64,000 nucleotides of DNA from Alphaproteobacteria bacterium (GCA_016125425.1 WGLT01000008.1:11445-75444), one strand, 5' to 3'; numbered from the stretch's first letter, positions 17,466-27,595 are shown. Notes: a model not told the origin generated them from the sequence alone. Translations and numbers: made by a program.

Positions 17466-18944
17466 TCACCCCCACCACACCTCCGGTCTCGCGGCGAAGC
17501 CGGCGGCCTTCTCAAGCGCATAGGCGCCGCGGAACATCGTTTCCTCGTCAAAGGGGCGCGCGAGGAGCTGGAGGCCGAGCGGCAGGCCGTCGCCCGTAAG
17601 CCCCGCCGGCACGGAAACGCCCGGAAGCCCGGCGAGATTGGCCGTCACCGTGAAGACGTCGTTCAGATACATCTGAACAGGGTCGTCCGACTTCTCGCCG
17701 AGCGCGAAGGCGGCCGAGGGCGTCGACGGCGTCAGAATGAGGTCGCACTGGCCGAAGGCCGCCATCATTTCATCGAAGATGCGCTTACGGACCTTTTGCG
17801 CGCGGAGATAGTAAGCGTCGTAATAACCGGCGGAGAGCACATAGGTGCCGATCATGATGCGGCGCTTGACTTCCTCGCCGAAGCCTTCGGCCCGCGTCTT
17901 TTCATACATCGCGGTGATGTCGTGCTCGCCCCTGGCCCTGAGGCCGTAGCGCACGCCGTCATAGCGCGCGAGATTGGAGGACGCCTCCGCCGGCGCGACA
18001 ATGTAATAGACGGGGAGCGCGTATTTGGTCAGCGGCAGCGAAATCTCGACGATCTCGCAGCCCGCCTCTTTCAGCCATTCGGCGCCTTTGGCCCACAACG
18101 CCTCTATTTCCTGCGGCATTCCGTCGACGCGGTATTCCTTCGGAACGCCGACGCGCATGCCCTTCACCGACTGGCCGAGCGCGGCCTCATAATCCGGGAC
18201 CGGACGATCGACAGAGGTCGAATCCTTCGGGTCGTGGCCCGCCATCGAACGCAGCATGATCGCGGCGTCGCGAACGTCGCGCGCGATCGGCCCCGCCTGA
18301 TCGAGCGAGGACGCGAAAGCGACGATTCCCCAGCGCGAGCAGCGTCCGTAAGTCGGCTTGACGCCCACCGTCGCGGTCAGCGAGGCCGGCTGGCGGATCG
18401 ACCCGCCCGTATCCGTCGCCGTCGCGGCCGCGCAAAGCCTGGCCGCAACGGACGCGGATGAGCCGCCGGACGAGCCGCCGGGCGTCAGCTGGCGATTGCT
18501 CCCCTTGCTGCGCCACGGATTGACGACGGGCCCGTAATAGCTTGTCTCATTGGACGAACCCATGGCGAACTCGTCCATATTGAGCTTGCCGAGCATGACC
18601 GCGCCGTCGCGCCAGAGCTGGCTCGTCACTGTCGATTCATATTTCGGCCTGAAGCCGTCGAGAATGTGCGAGCCCGCTGTCGTCAGCGTATCCTCGGTGC
18701 AGAAGAGATCCTTGATTGCGAGCGGCACGCCTTCGAGCGGGCGCGCCTCGCCCTTCGCAAGCCGCGCATCGCAGGCCGCCGCCATTGTGCGCGCTTTTTC
18801 GGCGGTCACCGTGACGAAGGCGTTGAGGTCTTTCGCCTTTTCGATATTCGCGAGATAGGCGCCGGTCGCCTCGAGCGAGGAGACCTTCTTGCGCTTAAGC
18901 GCGTCGCGGAGTTCGGCGAGGGTGAGATCGGTAATGTCCGTCAT
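17466..18944 (-). CDS. gatA: Glu-tRNA(Gln)/Asp-tRNA(Asn) amidotransferase subunit A
   Basis: ORF 17466..19280 trimmed to ATG 18942-18944 ([23 protein letters not shown]). Amidase signature [13 protein letters not shown]. Confidence 0.95.
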   Translation of the reverse strand: MTDITDLTLAELRDALKRKKVSSLEATGAYLANIEKAKDLNAFVTVTAEKARTMAAACDARLAKGEARPLEGVPLAIKDLFCTEDTLTTAGSHILDGFRPKYESTVTSQLWRDGAVMLGKLNMDEFAMGSSNETSYYGPVVNPWRSKGSNRQLTPGGSSGGSSASVAARLCAAATATDTGGSIRQPASLTATVGVKPTYGRCSRWGIVAFASSLDQAGPIARDVRDAAIMLRSMAGHDPKDSTSVDRPVPDYEAALGQSVKGMRVGVPKEYRVDGMPQEIEALWAKGAEWLKEAGCEIVEISLPLTKYALPVYYIVAPAEASSNLARYDGVRYGLRARGEHDITAMYEKTRAEGFGEEVKRRIMIGTYVLSAGYYDAYYLRAQKVRKRIFDEMMAAFGQCDLILTPSTPSAAFALGEKSDDPVQMYLNDVFTVTANLAGLPGVSVPAGLTGDGLPLGLQLLARPFDEETMFRGAYALEKAAGFAARPEVWWG

Positions 18945-18949
18945 CGCCC

Positions 18950-19249
18950 CTACTCCACCACTTTCGGAACGATGAAGAAATGGTCCTCCGTACGCGGCGC
19001 ATTGGCGACCACTTTGTCGGGCTGGCCGCCCCCGGTGGGCCCTTCCTCGAGGACGTCCTCGCGCATCGGCAGCTTCATGGCGACGGTCGAGGTCATCGGC
19101 TCGACGCCCTCGACATCGACTTCGTTGAGCTGCTCGATCCAGCCCAATATGCTCGAAAGCTCCCGGGCGAGCGGCTCGAGGCGCTCTTCGGGGATGGCGA
19201 GGCGGGCGAGACGCGCGACCTTGCGCGCGGTTTCCTTGTCGATGGCCAT
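18950..19249 (-). CDS. gatC: Glu-tRNA(Gln)/Asp-tRNA(Asn) amidotransferase subunit C
   Basis: ORF 18950..19309 trimmed to ATG 19247-19249 ([19 protein letters not shown]...). 99 aa, 5 nt upstream of gatA. Confidence 0.9.
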   Translation of the reverse strand: MAIDKETARKVARLARLAIPEERLEPLARELSSILGWIEQLNEVDVEGVEPMTSTVAMKLPMREDVLEEGPTGGGQPDKVVANAPRTEDHFFIVPKVVE

Positions 19250-19286
19250 GTTCTGAATTCCGTCGGCGACGCGGGGGCAAGGCCTA

Positions 19287-20660
19287 TCAACCGCCGGGAG
19301 CAGGTTCAAGAGGCCGCGCGCGAGAGAGCAGGCGCTGAAGCTCCCGCGCGGGCTCGGCGTAAGCCGTATGCGGGAAGGCCGCCGCCTCCAGCGCGAAATC
19401 CGGTCCCGCGCTCTCGGCGATCATCCGGAAAAAGAGCGCTTCGTCATAGCCGCCCGCCTTTTCGGCGCGCGCGACGAAGTCGCGCCAGAAGCGGGCCACC
19501 GAGCCCGAGGGCGACCAAGCGCGCGCGGCGATGACGGCGAGCGCCCGTCCGCAGGCGTAGGACGCCGGCCAGTCGCGCCGCGCTTCGGCCTGGTCGAGCG
19601 AGCCGTAATCGAGCGCGGCGGCGCAATCCGCGCGCGCCCTGTCGAGCCGGGCGCGCGCCTCCTCGCCCGAAATGACGCCGAGCCGCGTCAGCGCTTCGGC
19701 CCCGAGCGCGTCGGCGCCGCCTTCATGGATCCAGCTCGGCGCGCCGCGCGGGCCGGGCGCGGCCGCATCCTCGAACAGATGCGCGATCTCATGCGCCGCG
19801 CCGTTCTGGAGGATCGCCCGGCCCTCTTGCGTTTCGCCGCGCCAGCCCGCGCCCGCGAGCGCGATTTCGATCTGTCCGGGCAGCGCGTCGCCGTCATAGC
19901 GAAGCCGCCCTGCGTCTTGTTCTTCCGTCAGCATCAGGAACAAATCCGGCGCGCGCGCCAGCGATCGCCCGAACGCCTTTTCGTAATAAGCGATGAGCCG
20001 CGGCGCGATCGCAAGCGTCTCGCGCGCCGCCCAGCGCGGCGCGTCCGGATCGATGACGGCGTTGACGCCGTTCGCCGGCGCGGCGTTTGGCGGGCCGACA
20101 TAGACGAACGACGGCAGACCGGTCGGACTGCGCCAATTCCTGAACGCCGGCGCCCTCTCGCCGAAAGCCTCCACATTTTGGCCTTCCGGCGCCTCGATCT
20201 CGAAACGCGCGTCGTAACGCGCGCCATCCTCCGTATACGGCCAGAAATGCCCGGTATAGAAAACGGCGCCGCCCCCGGCGAGGAGGCGCGCCGGCTCGTA
20301 GTTCTTCGCGAAGCCGTTGTCATGCGGTCTCACGCGGAGCAAGGCCTGGGAGAAACGCGCTCTTTCGTCGGCCGGCTGAAGCCGGTCGCGGCCCCCGGCC
20401 GAGACAAGGCGCAGTCCCGGCGTTTCGACCCGCCAGCCGCGCGCGCGAAACCCGTTAAGCGAGGGGCCGAGATCGAGACCGCGCACAGGCGCGGAGAGCC
20501 GGTATTCGAGCCGCCATGCGCCGCCGCCGGCCGGCCGCAGCGCGACATCGACCGTCGCCGGCCCGGGCCCGGCGCGCATGCCGGCGACGAGAGCGGCGCA
20601 AGCGACGGCGAGCGCCGTCAGAACAAGCGGCCAGAATCGAATGAGAGGCGTCGGTCTCAT
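19287..20660 (-). CDS. secreted gluzincin-type zinc metalloprotease-like protein
   Basis: 457-aa ORF. Signal-like N-terminus MRPTPLIRFWPLVLTALAVACAALVAG. HEIAH followed 18 residues later by E (WIHEGGADAL), i.e. HExxH-x18-E. Confidence 0.65.
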   Translation of the reverse strand: MRPTPLIRFWPLVLTALAVACAALVAGMRAGPGPATVDVALRPAGGGAWRLEYRLSAPVRGLDLGPSLNGFRARGWRVETPGLRLVSAGGRDRLQPADERARFSQALLRVRPHDNGFAKNYEPARLLAGGGAVFYTGHFWPYTEDGARYDARFEIEAPEGQNVEAFGERAPAFRNWRSPTGLPSFVYVGPPNAAPANGVNAVIDPDAPRWAARETLAIAPRLIAYYEKAFGRSLARAPDLFLMLTEEQDAGRLRYDGDALPGQIEIALAGAGWRGETQEGRAILQNGAAHEIAHLFEDAAAPGPRGAPSWIHEGGADALGAEALTRLGVISGEEARARLDRARADCAAALDYGSLDQAEARRDWPASYACGRALAVIAARAWSPSGSVARFWRDFVARAEKAGGYDEALFFRMIAESAGPDFALEAAAFPHTAYAEPARELQRLLSRARPLEPAPGG

Positions 20661-20708
20661 GGGTCTTATTTCTCGCAGCGCGCGGCCGGCTCGGCTAGGA
20701 TCGCGCGC

Positions 20709-21176
20709 ATGCAGGATGAATTCTTGAAAGGCGCGGCCGCATTCGGCGCGCGCGGCGTTTTGCTCGGCCTCGATCTTGGAGACAAAACCATCGGCGTTGC
20801 AAGCTCCGACCCTGACCGGCGGGTCGCGACGCCGGTCGAAACGATCCGCCGGACGAAATTCACCCGCGACGCCGAAAGTCTCGCTGCGCTTGCGACTGCG
20901 CGCGGCGCGGTCGGCCTGATTGTCGGCCTGCCCCTCAATATGGACGGCACGGAAGGCCCGCGCGCGCAGTCAACGCGCAGTTTCGTGCGTAATCTCGCGA
21001 GGATCCTTCCCCTCCCCGCCGCCTTCTGGGACGAAAGGCTTTCAACCATGGCGATGGAGCGCGAGCTGATCGCTCTCGACACCAGCAGGGCGAAACGGTC
21101 CGAAAAGATCGACGAATCGGCCGCCGCCTTTATACTTCAGGGCGCAATAGATCGATTAAGGGGGGCGAACGCGTGA
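20709..21176 (+). CDS. ruvX: Holliday junction resolvase-like / pre-16S rRNA nuclease RuvX (YqgF)
   Basis: In-frame ATG 20709 inside ORF 19368..21176. LGLDLGDKTIGVA ... GLIVGLPLNMDGTEGPRAQSTRSF ... DERLST is typical YqgF. Confidence 0.9.
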   Translation: MQDEFLKGAAAFGARGVLLGLDLGDKTIGVASSDPDRRVATPVETIRRTKFTRDAESLAALATARGAVGLIVGLPLNMDGTEGPRAQSTRSFVRNLARILPLPAAFWDERLSTMAMERELIALDTSRAKRSEKIDESAAAFILQGAIDRLRGANA

Positions 21177-21520
21177 CCAAGACGCTCAAACGGATCGTGG
21201 CGATCCTGCTTCTCGCAACGGGGGCGCTGCATGTCGTCGTCGCTTATAGGGACCAGAGCCCGCAAATCCTGTCCGTACAGCCGGCGCTGACGATCTTCGG
21301 AATCGTTTATTTCTGTCTCGGTCTTTTCGCCTGGCCGGGCGGGCGGACCCCGATTCTGGTCGCCATGGTGATGTCCGCGCTCGGCCTCGGCCTTGGCGGA
21401 CAGGAATATTTGCGCGCCGGCGGCCCGGTCTCGCTGCTCGTCATGTTCGCGATCGACGCCGCCGTGCTTATTCTCGGCGCCGCCTGGCTCTTGCGGACGC
21501 AAGGCGTCGAGAAACCCTGA
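21173..21520 (+). CDS. small integral membrane protein, hypothetical
   Basis: 115-aa ORF. GTG start overlaps the ruvX stop (GTGA). Four hydrophobic segments. Confidence 0.55.
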   Translation: MTKTLKRIVAILLLATGALHVVVAYRDQSPQILSVQPALTIFGIVYFCLGLFAWPGGRTPILVAMVMSALGLGLGGQEYLRAGGPVSLLVMFAIDAAVLILGAAWLLRTQGVEKP

Positions 21521-21563
21521 ACGATTGTCAGGCGGGGCCGAGCGGCTTAAGAGGCCGGCTTTA

Positions 21564-22520
21564 ATGGAAAACGCAAATCGCCCCGCGCCCCGGACAGACT
21601 GGCGAGCCCGCAATCTCGTCAGCATTGACGACCTCTCCGATTCCGAGATCGCCCATGTGCTGGATCTCGCCGAATATTATGCGGACTTCGTGAAACAGGG
21701 GCGCCGCCCAGAGCAGCGCCTCGCCGGCAAGACGCAGATCAATCTCTTCTACGAATCTTCAACGCGCACCAATCTGTCGTTCGAACTCGCCGGCAAAAAA
21801 CTCGGCGCCGACGTCATCAACGTGCCGGTCGCCGCCTCATCGGTGAACAAGGGCGAGAGCGTACTCGACACGGCGCAGACGCTCGCGGCGATGGGCGCGG
21901 CCGCGATGATCCTGCGCCATAACGAGCCGCGCATTCACGACATGCTCGCCAAGCACATTCATTGCCCGATCATCAATGCGGGCGACGGCGTGCGCGAGCA
22001 TCCGACGCAGGCGCTGCTCGACGCAGCGACGATCCGCTCCGCCTGCGGAGAGATAAAGGGACGCGTCATCGCGATCTGCGGCGATGTCAAACATAGCCGC
22101 GTCGCAGGCTCGGGCGCGCGGCTCCTCGCCCGTCTCGGCGCCGAGGTGCGGTTCGTCGGCCCGAAAGCGCTCGCGCCCGACGATCCGGCGCTCGCCGGCT
22201 TCCCGCATTTCGATTCGCTGAAAGACGGCCTTTCCGGCGCCGATATCGTGATGGCGCTCCGCATGCAGTTCGAGCGCATGGGCGAAGCGGGCAAGCAGGC
22301 CGCGCAAGGCTATTTCGAACGTTTCGGCCTGACGCATGAGACTTTGAAGCTCGCAAAGCCGGACGCGTTCGTCATGCATCCCGGCCCGATGAACCGCGGC
22401 GTTGAAATCGAGGGCGCGCTCGCCGACGATGCGACGCGCTCGCTCATCCTGCGGCAGGTTTTCTACGGCGTTGCAATGCGGATGGCGTGCCTCGATGCGC
22501 TGCTGACGGAGGGAAGATGA
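21564..22520 (+). CDS. pyrB: aspartate carbamoyltransferase catalytic subunit
   Basis: In-frame ATG 21564 (MENANRP...) in ORF 21393..22520. ESSTRTNLSFE, HPTQALLD and HPGPMNRGVEI motifs. Confidence 0.95.
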   Translation: MENANRPAPRTDWRARNLVSIDDLSDSEIAHVLDLAEYYADFVKQGRRPEQRLAGKTQINLFYESSTRTNLSFELAGKKLGADVINVPVAASSVNKGESVLDTAQTLAAMGAAAMILRHNEPRIHDMLAKHIHCPIINAGDGVREHPTQALLDAATIRSACGEIKGRVIAICGDVKHSRVAGSGARLLARLGAEVRFVGPKALAPDDPALAGFPHFDSLKDGLSGADIVMALRMQFERMGEAGKQAAQGYFERFGLTHETLKLAKPDAFVMHPGPMNRGVEIEGALADDATRSLILRQVFYGVAMRMACLDALLTEGR

Positions 22521-22701
22521 ATAGGAGAGAAATCCTTCGCCCCATGCGCGGAGCAGCGCGAAGCGGTGCGCCGCAGACACGAAATCTCTATCCGCTTGCT
22601 CATCATGCGATGGCGGGGCTTTTTATGAGAAAACCGATAGCGGTCCCGGATCAGCGCAGCAGCACGATGTGCCGCAGCGCATCCGGGATGACGGATTCGC
22701 G

Positions 22702-23298
22702 ATGCTGAACACTCTCCTTCCTCTCATCCTCGGCTATCTCCTCGGCTCCGTCCCGTTCGGACTCGTCATCACGAAAATGGCCGGGCTCGGCGATATACGA
22801 AAAGTCGGCTCCGGCAATATCGGCGCGACCAATGTGCTCCGCACCGGGAGGAAAGACCTCGCGCTCGCAACGCTCCTTCTCGACGGCGGCAAAGGCGCGA
22901 TTGCGGTGCTTGTGGCCTACCAACTGCATTGGCGCCCCGAAGTCGCGGGCGCGGCGGCCTTTCTCGGTCATTGCTTTCCGGTCTGGCTCGGATTCAAGGG
23001 CGGCAAGGGCGTGGCGACTTTCCTCGGCACGCTTCTCGCGCTGTGGTTTCCGGCGGGCGCCTTCGCCTGCGCGACCTGGCTGATCGGCGCCTTTCTTTTC
23101 CGCTATTCCTCGCTCGCCGCCTTGCTTGCGGCCCTCGCGAGCCCGCTCATTCTCTTCACCATGGGCAAGGCGAGCTTTGCGATCGCCGCCGCTTTCATGG
23201 TCGTCCTCATTTTCATCCGCCATAAGAGCAATATCGCTCGCCTCCTCAAAGGCGAGGAGCCGAAAATCGGCGCGAAGAAAAAGGAAGCGGCGGCGTGA
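22702..23298 (+). CDS. plsY: glycerol-3-phosphate 1-O-acyltransferase PlsY
   Basis: In-frame ATG 22702 ([20 protein letters not shown]...) in ORF 22669..23298. [12 protein letters not shown] motif. Confidence 0.95.
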   Translation: MLNTLLPLILGYLLGSVPFGLVITKMAGLGDIRKVGSGNIGATNVLRTGRKDLALATLLLDGGKGAIAVLVAYQLHWRPEVAGAAAFLGHCFPVWLGFKGGKGVATFLGTLLALWFPAGAFACATWLIGAFLFRYSSLAALLAALASPLILFTMGKASFAIAAAFMVVLIFIRHKSNIARLLKGEEPKIGAKKKEAAA

Positions 23299-24419
23299 GC
23301 GAGCTCACGCGAGCCGAACGCCTCGACTGGCTGCAATTGATCCGCACCGAAGGCATCGGGCCGGTCAGCTTTTTTCGCCTCATCGAGCGCTTTGGAAGCG
23401 CCGGTGCGGCGCTTGAAAGACTGCCTTCCCTGTCGCGCGCGGCCGGGCGGCGCGCGCCGATCAAGCTCGCCGATCGTCAGCTGGCGGAGGAAGAGCTCGC
23501 GGCGACCGAAGAAGCCGGCGCGCGGCTGATCGCGGCCGTCGAGCCCGATTATCCGAAAATGCTCGGCGCCATCGCCGACCCGCCGCCGCTCATCTGCGCC
23601 ATCGGCCACGTCTCGCTGTTTGAAAAACCGGCGGTCGCGCTGATCGGCGCGCGCAACGCCTCGGCCGCGGGGCGCAAGATCGCGCGCCAGCTTGCGGCCG
23701 ATCTCGGCCAGGCGGGCGTCGTCGTCGTCTCGGGGCTCGCGCGCGGCGTTGACGGCGCGGCGCATGTCGCCGCGCTCGATACGGGCACCATCGCCGTCGT
23801 CGCCGGCGGCGTCGACGTCATCTATCCGCCTGAGCATGAAGAGCTGACGCGCGACATCGCCCGCGCGGGGCTCATCCTTTCCGAGCGGCCTTTGCATCAT
23901 CAGCCGACGGCGCGCGATTTTCCCCGCCGCAATCGCCTGATCTCGGGGCTCTCGCGCGGGGTCGTCGTCGTCGAAGCGGCCGCGAAATCAGGCACGCTCA
24001 TCACCGCGCGCTTTGCGCTCGAACAGGGCCGCGACGTATTCGCCGTGCCGGGCTCGCCGCTCGATCCGCGCTGCCAGGGCGCGAACCGGCTCATTCGCGA
24101 CGGCGCGACGCTCGTGGAAAGCGCGGCGGACATTCTTGAAAGCCTCGCCGGACAAAACCGCGGCGCGAGCGAAGAAAAGCGCGCCGGTTTCGCTGGCCTG
24201 GGCGGCCCCCGCGGCGAGCCGGACCCGCAGGCGCTGAAAGCGCTGCGCGCCGAGGTCCTCGAAGCTTTAAGCTTCACCCCGCTCCACCGCGACGAAATCC
24301 TGCGGGAGATCGACGCCCCGGCGAGCCTCCTCGCGGACACGCTCCTCGATCTCGTTCTCGCCGGCGAAGCCGAGGAGCATTCCGGCGGACGCTTCGCGCG
24401 CCGCGCCGAAGAAGGTTAA
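23295..24419 (+). CDS. dprA: DNA-processing protein DprA
   Basis: 374-aa ORF. GTG start overlaps the plsY stop. [10 protein letters not shown]...[14 protein letters not shown] Rossmann-like DprA core. Confidence 0.9.
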   Translation: MSELTRAERLDWLQLIRTEGIGPVSFFRLIERFGSAGAALERLPSLSRAAGRRAPIKLADRQLAEEELAATEEAGARLIAAVEPDYPKMLGAIADPPPLICAIGHVSLFEKPAVALIGARNASAAGRKIARQLAADLGQAGVVVVSGLARGVDGAAHVAALDTGTIAVVAGGVDVIYPPEHEELTRDIARAGLILSERPLHHQPTARDFPRRNRLISGLSRGVVVVEAAAKSGTLITARFALEQGRDVFAVPGSPLDPRCQGANRLIRDGATLVESAADILESLAGQNRGASEEKRAGFAGLGGPRGEPDPQALKALRAEVLEALSFTPLHRDEILREIDAPASLLADTLLDLVLAGEAEEHSGGRFARRAEEG

Positions 24420-24652
24420 CGCTCGGCGGCCCACGTCGCTTCCTCGCAGGCTCGACGCAGCAGGACCGACAGACCGTCGAGAGCGGCCGCCGCCGCCAGC
24501 CGTTCCAATTCGCGAGTCATGTCCGCGATGTAAGACGCGATCTCCTCCGCGGTCGCCGATCGCTGGCCGGCTCGCTCATTAAAACCCGTCTCATGGTCGC
24601 CGTCATGTTTTCCCTCTGTTTTCCCTTGAACGCCGTTATGGCGTCCACAACC

Positions 24653-24698
24653 AAAGATTATAAATAATTATAGTATTATATAATAAGTTGTAATCAAG
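24653..24698 (+). promoter_or_regulatory. AT-rich island with consensus TATAAT upstream of topA
   Basis: AAAGATTATAAATAATTATAGTATTATATAATAAGTTGTAATCAAG has 6 G/C in 46 nt by my count, in a high-GC genome. ATTATA occurs three times. TATAAT lies at 24679-24684, about 165 nt upstream of the topA ATG. Confidence 0.45.
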
Positions 24699-24765
24699 AC
24701 AATCGCTCCTGTTGACAGCCGCGGGGCGCCCAACGCAGGGTCCCGCCCCACCGCGGGGAGCGCCG

Positions 24766-24790
24766 CCGGAAAGGGGAACCCCTTTTCCGG
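24766..24790 (+). other. stable hairpin in the putative topA leader
   Basis: CCGGAAAGGGG-AA-CCCCTTTTCCGG: an 11-bp stem with one bulged T. A second imperfect stem pairs 24719-24728 with 24744-24756. Confidence 0.45.
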
Positions 24791-24847
24791 CCGCCAACGC
24801 CCTCCGCACGAGTCGAGAAAGCCGAGAGCCGGAGATCAAAGCGGCGC

Positions 24848-27460
24848 ATGCAGGTCGTCATTGTCGAATCGCCGTCCAAGGCGAAGACCATCAACAAGTA
24901 TCTGGGTTCCGGCTACAAGGTCCTCGCCTCCTACGGGCATATCCGCGACCTGCCCTCCAAGGACGGTTCGGTGAAGCCCGACGAGGACTTCGCGATGACC
25001 TGGGAGCTCGATGCGGGCTCGAAAAAGCGGGTCAATGAGATTGCGAATGCGGTCAAAGACGCCGACCGCCTGATTCTCGCCACCGACCCCGATCGCGAAG
25101 GCGAAGCGATCTCCTGGCACCTGCTCGAGGTGCTGGCGCAAAAGAAAGCCCTGAAAGGCGTGCCGATCGACCGCGTCGCTTTCAACGCGATCACGAAGGC
25201 CGCCGTGCAGGAGGCGATGGCGCATCCGCGCCGCATCGACCAGGATCTTGTCGACGCCTATCTCGCCCGGCGCGCGCTGGATTATCTCGTCGGCTTCACG
25301 CTCTCGCCGGTTCTGTGGCGCAAGCTTCCCGGCGCGCGTTCGGCGGGCCGCGTGCAGTCGGTCGCGCTGCGCCTCATCTGCGACCGCGAGGCCGAAATCG
25401 AGACTTTCGTTCCGGAGGAATACTGGACCGTCGCCGCGCAAGCGACATCGGAAGGAAGCCAGCCTTTCGAAGCGCGGCTCGTTCTGCTGAACGGCGAGAA
25501 ACTGCAAAAATTCACGCTGAACAATAAAGACAAGGCCGACGCGGCGAAACGCGCCGTCGAAGCCGCGCGCTTCGTCATCGACGCGGTCGAAGCAAAGCCC
25601 GCCCGGCGCAACCCGCCGCCGCCCTTTACGACCTCCACCCTGCAACAGGAAGCCGCGCGCAAGCTCGGTTTCAACGCCCAGCGCACGATGCGGACGGCTC
25701 AGCGCCTCTATGAGGGCGTCGACATCGGCGGCGAGACGACGGGCCTCATCACCTATATGCGGACCGACGGCGTCGACATGGCGCCCGAGGCCGTGCGCGA
25801 CGCGCGCGCCGCAATTGAAACCGAATTCGGCGGGAACTATGTCCCCGACGCCCCGCGCGCCTACAAGACGAAAGCGAAAAACGCGCAGGAAGCGCATGAA
25901 TGCATTCGGCCGACCTCGTTCTCGCGCCTGCCTTCCAAAGTGCGGGGCCTCGACGACGATCAGGCGCGCCTTTACGAACTGATCTGGAAGCGCGCGATCG
26001 CTTCGCAGATGGAATCGGCGCGGCTCGAAACGACGACGATCGATCTTCTGTCGACGGATAAAAAGACGGGGCTGCGCGCGACGGGCTCGGTCATACTCTT
26101 CGACGGTTTCCTGGCGCTTTACGAAGAAGGCCGCGACGACGCGGAAAGCGACGACGGCGCCGGCGTTTTGCCGAAAGTGCGTCAGGGCGCGAGCGCCGAC
26201 GTCAAAGACGTCAAGGCCGAGCAGCATTTCACCCAGCCCCCGCCGCGCTTTTCGGAAGCGAGCCTCGTCAAGCGCCTCGAAGAACTCGGAATCGGCCGGC
26301 CTTCGACCTACGCCTCGATCCTCTCCACCTTGCGCGATCGCGGCTATGTGACGATGGACAAAAACCGTTTCGTCCCGGATTCGAAGGGCCGGATCGTCAC
26401 CGCGTTCCTCGAGAACTTCTTCAGCCGCTATGTCGAATACGACTTCACGGCCAATCTCGAGGAAACGCTCGACGAGATTTCGGCGGGCGAAGCCGACTGG
26501 AAAGCGTTTCTGCGGCGTTTCTGGAAGGACTTTCTGGCCGCAGTCGAAGACGTCGGCGAACTTCGCATCGCCGACGTGCTCGAAGCGCTGAATGAGTCGC
26601 TCGCGCCGCTGATCTTTCCGCCGAAGGAAGACGGTTCGGACCCGCGCGCCTGCCCCTCCTGCGGAACGGGCCGCCTCTCGCTCAAGACGGGCAAGTTCGG
26701 CGCCTTCATCGGCTGTTCGAACTATCCCGAGTGCAACTACACGCGCCAGCTCTCGGCGCTCGCCGAGGGCGAGGACGCGGTCGCGCAAGGCGACACGCTG
26801 CTCGGCGCCGATCCGCAGACCGGTCTCGATGTCTGGCTGAAGATCGGACGCTTCGGGCCCTACATCCAGCTTGGCGAGCAGGAGAAGGGATCGAAAGACA
26901 AGCCGAAGCGAGCCGGCGTTCCCAAAACATGGAAAGTCGATGAAATCGATCTTGAAAAGGCGCTGATGCTTCTGTCTCTGCCGCGCGAAATCGGTCCGCA
27001 TCCGGAAGATGGCGAGCCGATCGAGGCGGGCCTCGGCCGCTACGGTCCGTTCGTCAAGCACGGCAAGGTTTACGCGAATCTGCCCTCGATCGAGGATGTC
27101 TTCGAAATCGGGCTCAATCGCGCCGTCGCCCTGATCGAAGAAAAGAAGGCCAATCCCCGCGCCGGGCGCGGGACCGGCGCAAAGCCCTTGAAGGAGCTCG
27201 GGGCCCATCCTGAGACCGGCGAGCCGGTGAATGTGATGAACGGACGCTATGGGCCTTACGTCAAACACGGCAAGACGAATGCGACGCTGCCGTCAGACAG
27301 CGATCCGCAAAGCGTCACCCTCGAAGAGGCGCTGGCGCTCATCGCCGCGAAAGAGAAAAAGCCGGCGAAGAAAAAGGCGACGAAAAAGAAAGCCGCCAAA
27401 AAAACGGCCGCGAAGAAGGCGACCAAGAAGGCCGCGCCGAAGAAGAAAGCGGCTGGGTAA
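24848..27460 (+). CDS. topA: DNA topoisomerase I (type IA)
   Basis: 870-aa ORF. TOPRIM start MQVVIVESPSKAKTINKYLG, Zn-ribbon CPSCGTGRLSLKTGKFGAFIGCSNYPECNY, Lys/Ala-rich tail. Confidence 0.97.
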   Translation: MQVVIVESPSKAKTINKYLGSGYKVLASYGHIRDLPSKDGSVKPDEDFAMTWELDAGSKKRVNEIANAVKDADRLILATDPDREGEAISWHLLEVLAQKKALKGVPIDRVAFNAITKAAVQEAMAHPRRIDQDLVDAYLARRALDYLVGFTLSPVLWRKLPGARSAGRVQSVALRLICDREAEIETFVPEEYWTVAAQATSEGSQPFEARLVLLNGEKLQKFTLNNKDKADAAKRAVEAARFVIDAVEAKPARRNPPPPFTTSTLQQEAARKLGFNAQRTMRTAQRLYEGVDIGGETTGLITYMRTDGVDMAPEAVRDARAAIETEFGGNYVPDAPRAYKTKAKNAQEAHECIRPTSFSRLPSKVRGLDDDQARLYELIWKRAIASQMESARLETTTIDLLSTDKKTGLRATGSVILFDGFLALYEEGRDDAESDDGAGVLPKVRQGASADVKDVKAEQHFTQPPPRFSEASLVKRLEELGIGRPSTYASILSTLRDRGYVTMDKNRFVPDSKGRIVTAFLENFFSRYVEYDFTANLEETLDEISAGEADWKAFLRRFWKDFLAAVEDVGELRIADVLEALNESLAPLIFPPKEDGSDPRACPSCGTGRLSLKTGKFGAFIGCSNYPECNYTRQLSALAEGEDAVAQGDTLLGADPQTGLDVWLKIGRFGPYIQLGEQEKGSKDKPKRAGVPKTWKVDEIDLEKALMLLSLPREIGPHPEDGEPIEAGLGRYGPFVKHGKVYANLPSIEDVFEIGLNRAVALIEEKKANPRAGRGTGAKPLKELGAHPETGEPVNVMNGRYGPYVKHGKTNATLPSDSDPQSVTLEEALALIAAKEKKPAKKKATKKKAAKKTAAKKATKKAAPKKKAAG

Positions 27461-27595
27461 GAAGAAAACGCTGCGGCGGATTTTCCCTCCCCGCTGGCGG
27501 CGGAGTCGTTTGCGAAGCGCACGCGAAAGCCGACTCCTAAAAATCTCCCTTTTCCGGCAAGCGCGCATTCACCCTCGTCCTGTTAATCACGCCGC

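Noticed and set aside
22521-22701. Expected a dihydroorotase-like pyrC gene between pyrB and plsY, as I recall from several Rhizobiales; only a 180-nt gap is present.
   Set aside because: My memory of that synteny is not firm enough to call this a deletion. The gap has no ORF or relic that I can recognise. Checking requires comparison with related genomes.
24712-24717. Perfect TTGACA hexamer downstream of the AT island, considered as the topA -35 box.
   Set aside because: Nothing resembling a -10 element lies 16-19 nt downstream (GC-rich GCAGGG). The TATAAT at 24679 is the better, still unproven, promoter candidate.
24836-27268. 810-aa ORF antisense to topA. Similar long antisense or out-of-frame ORFs occur at 45258..47696, 28258..30009, 3007..4089 and 43747..45228.
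   Set aside because: High-GC genomes generate long stop-free frames opposite real genes. The products are Arg/Ala/Gly-rich low complexity with no motifs, while the sense strands encode unmistakable TopA, M16 peptidase, RNase R and so on.
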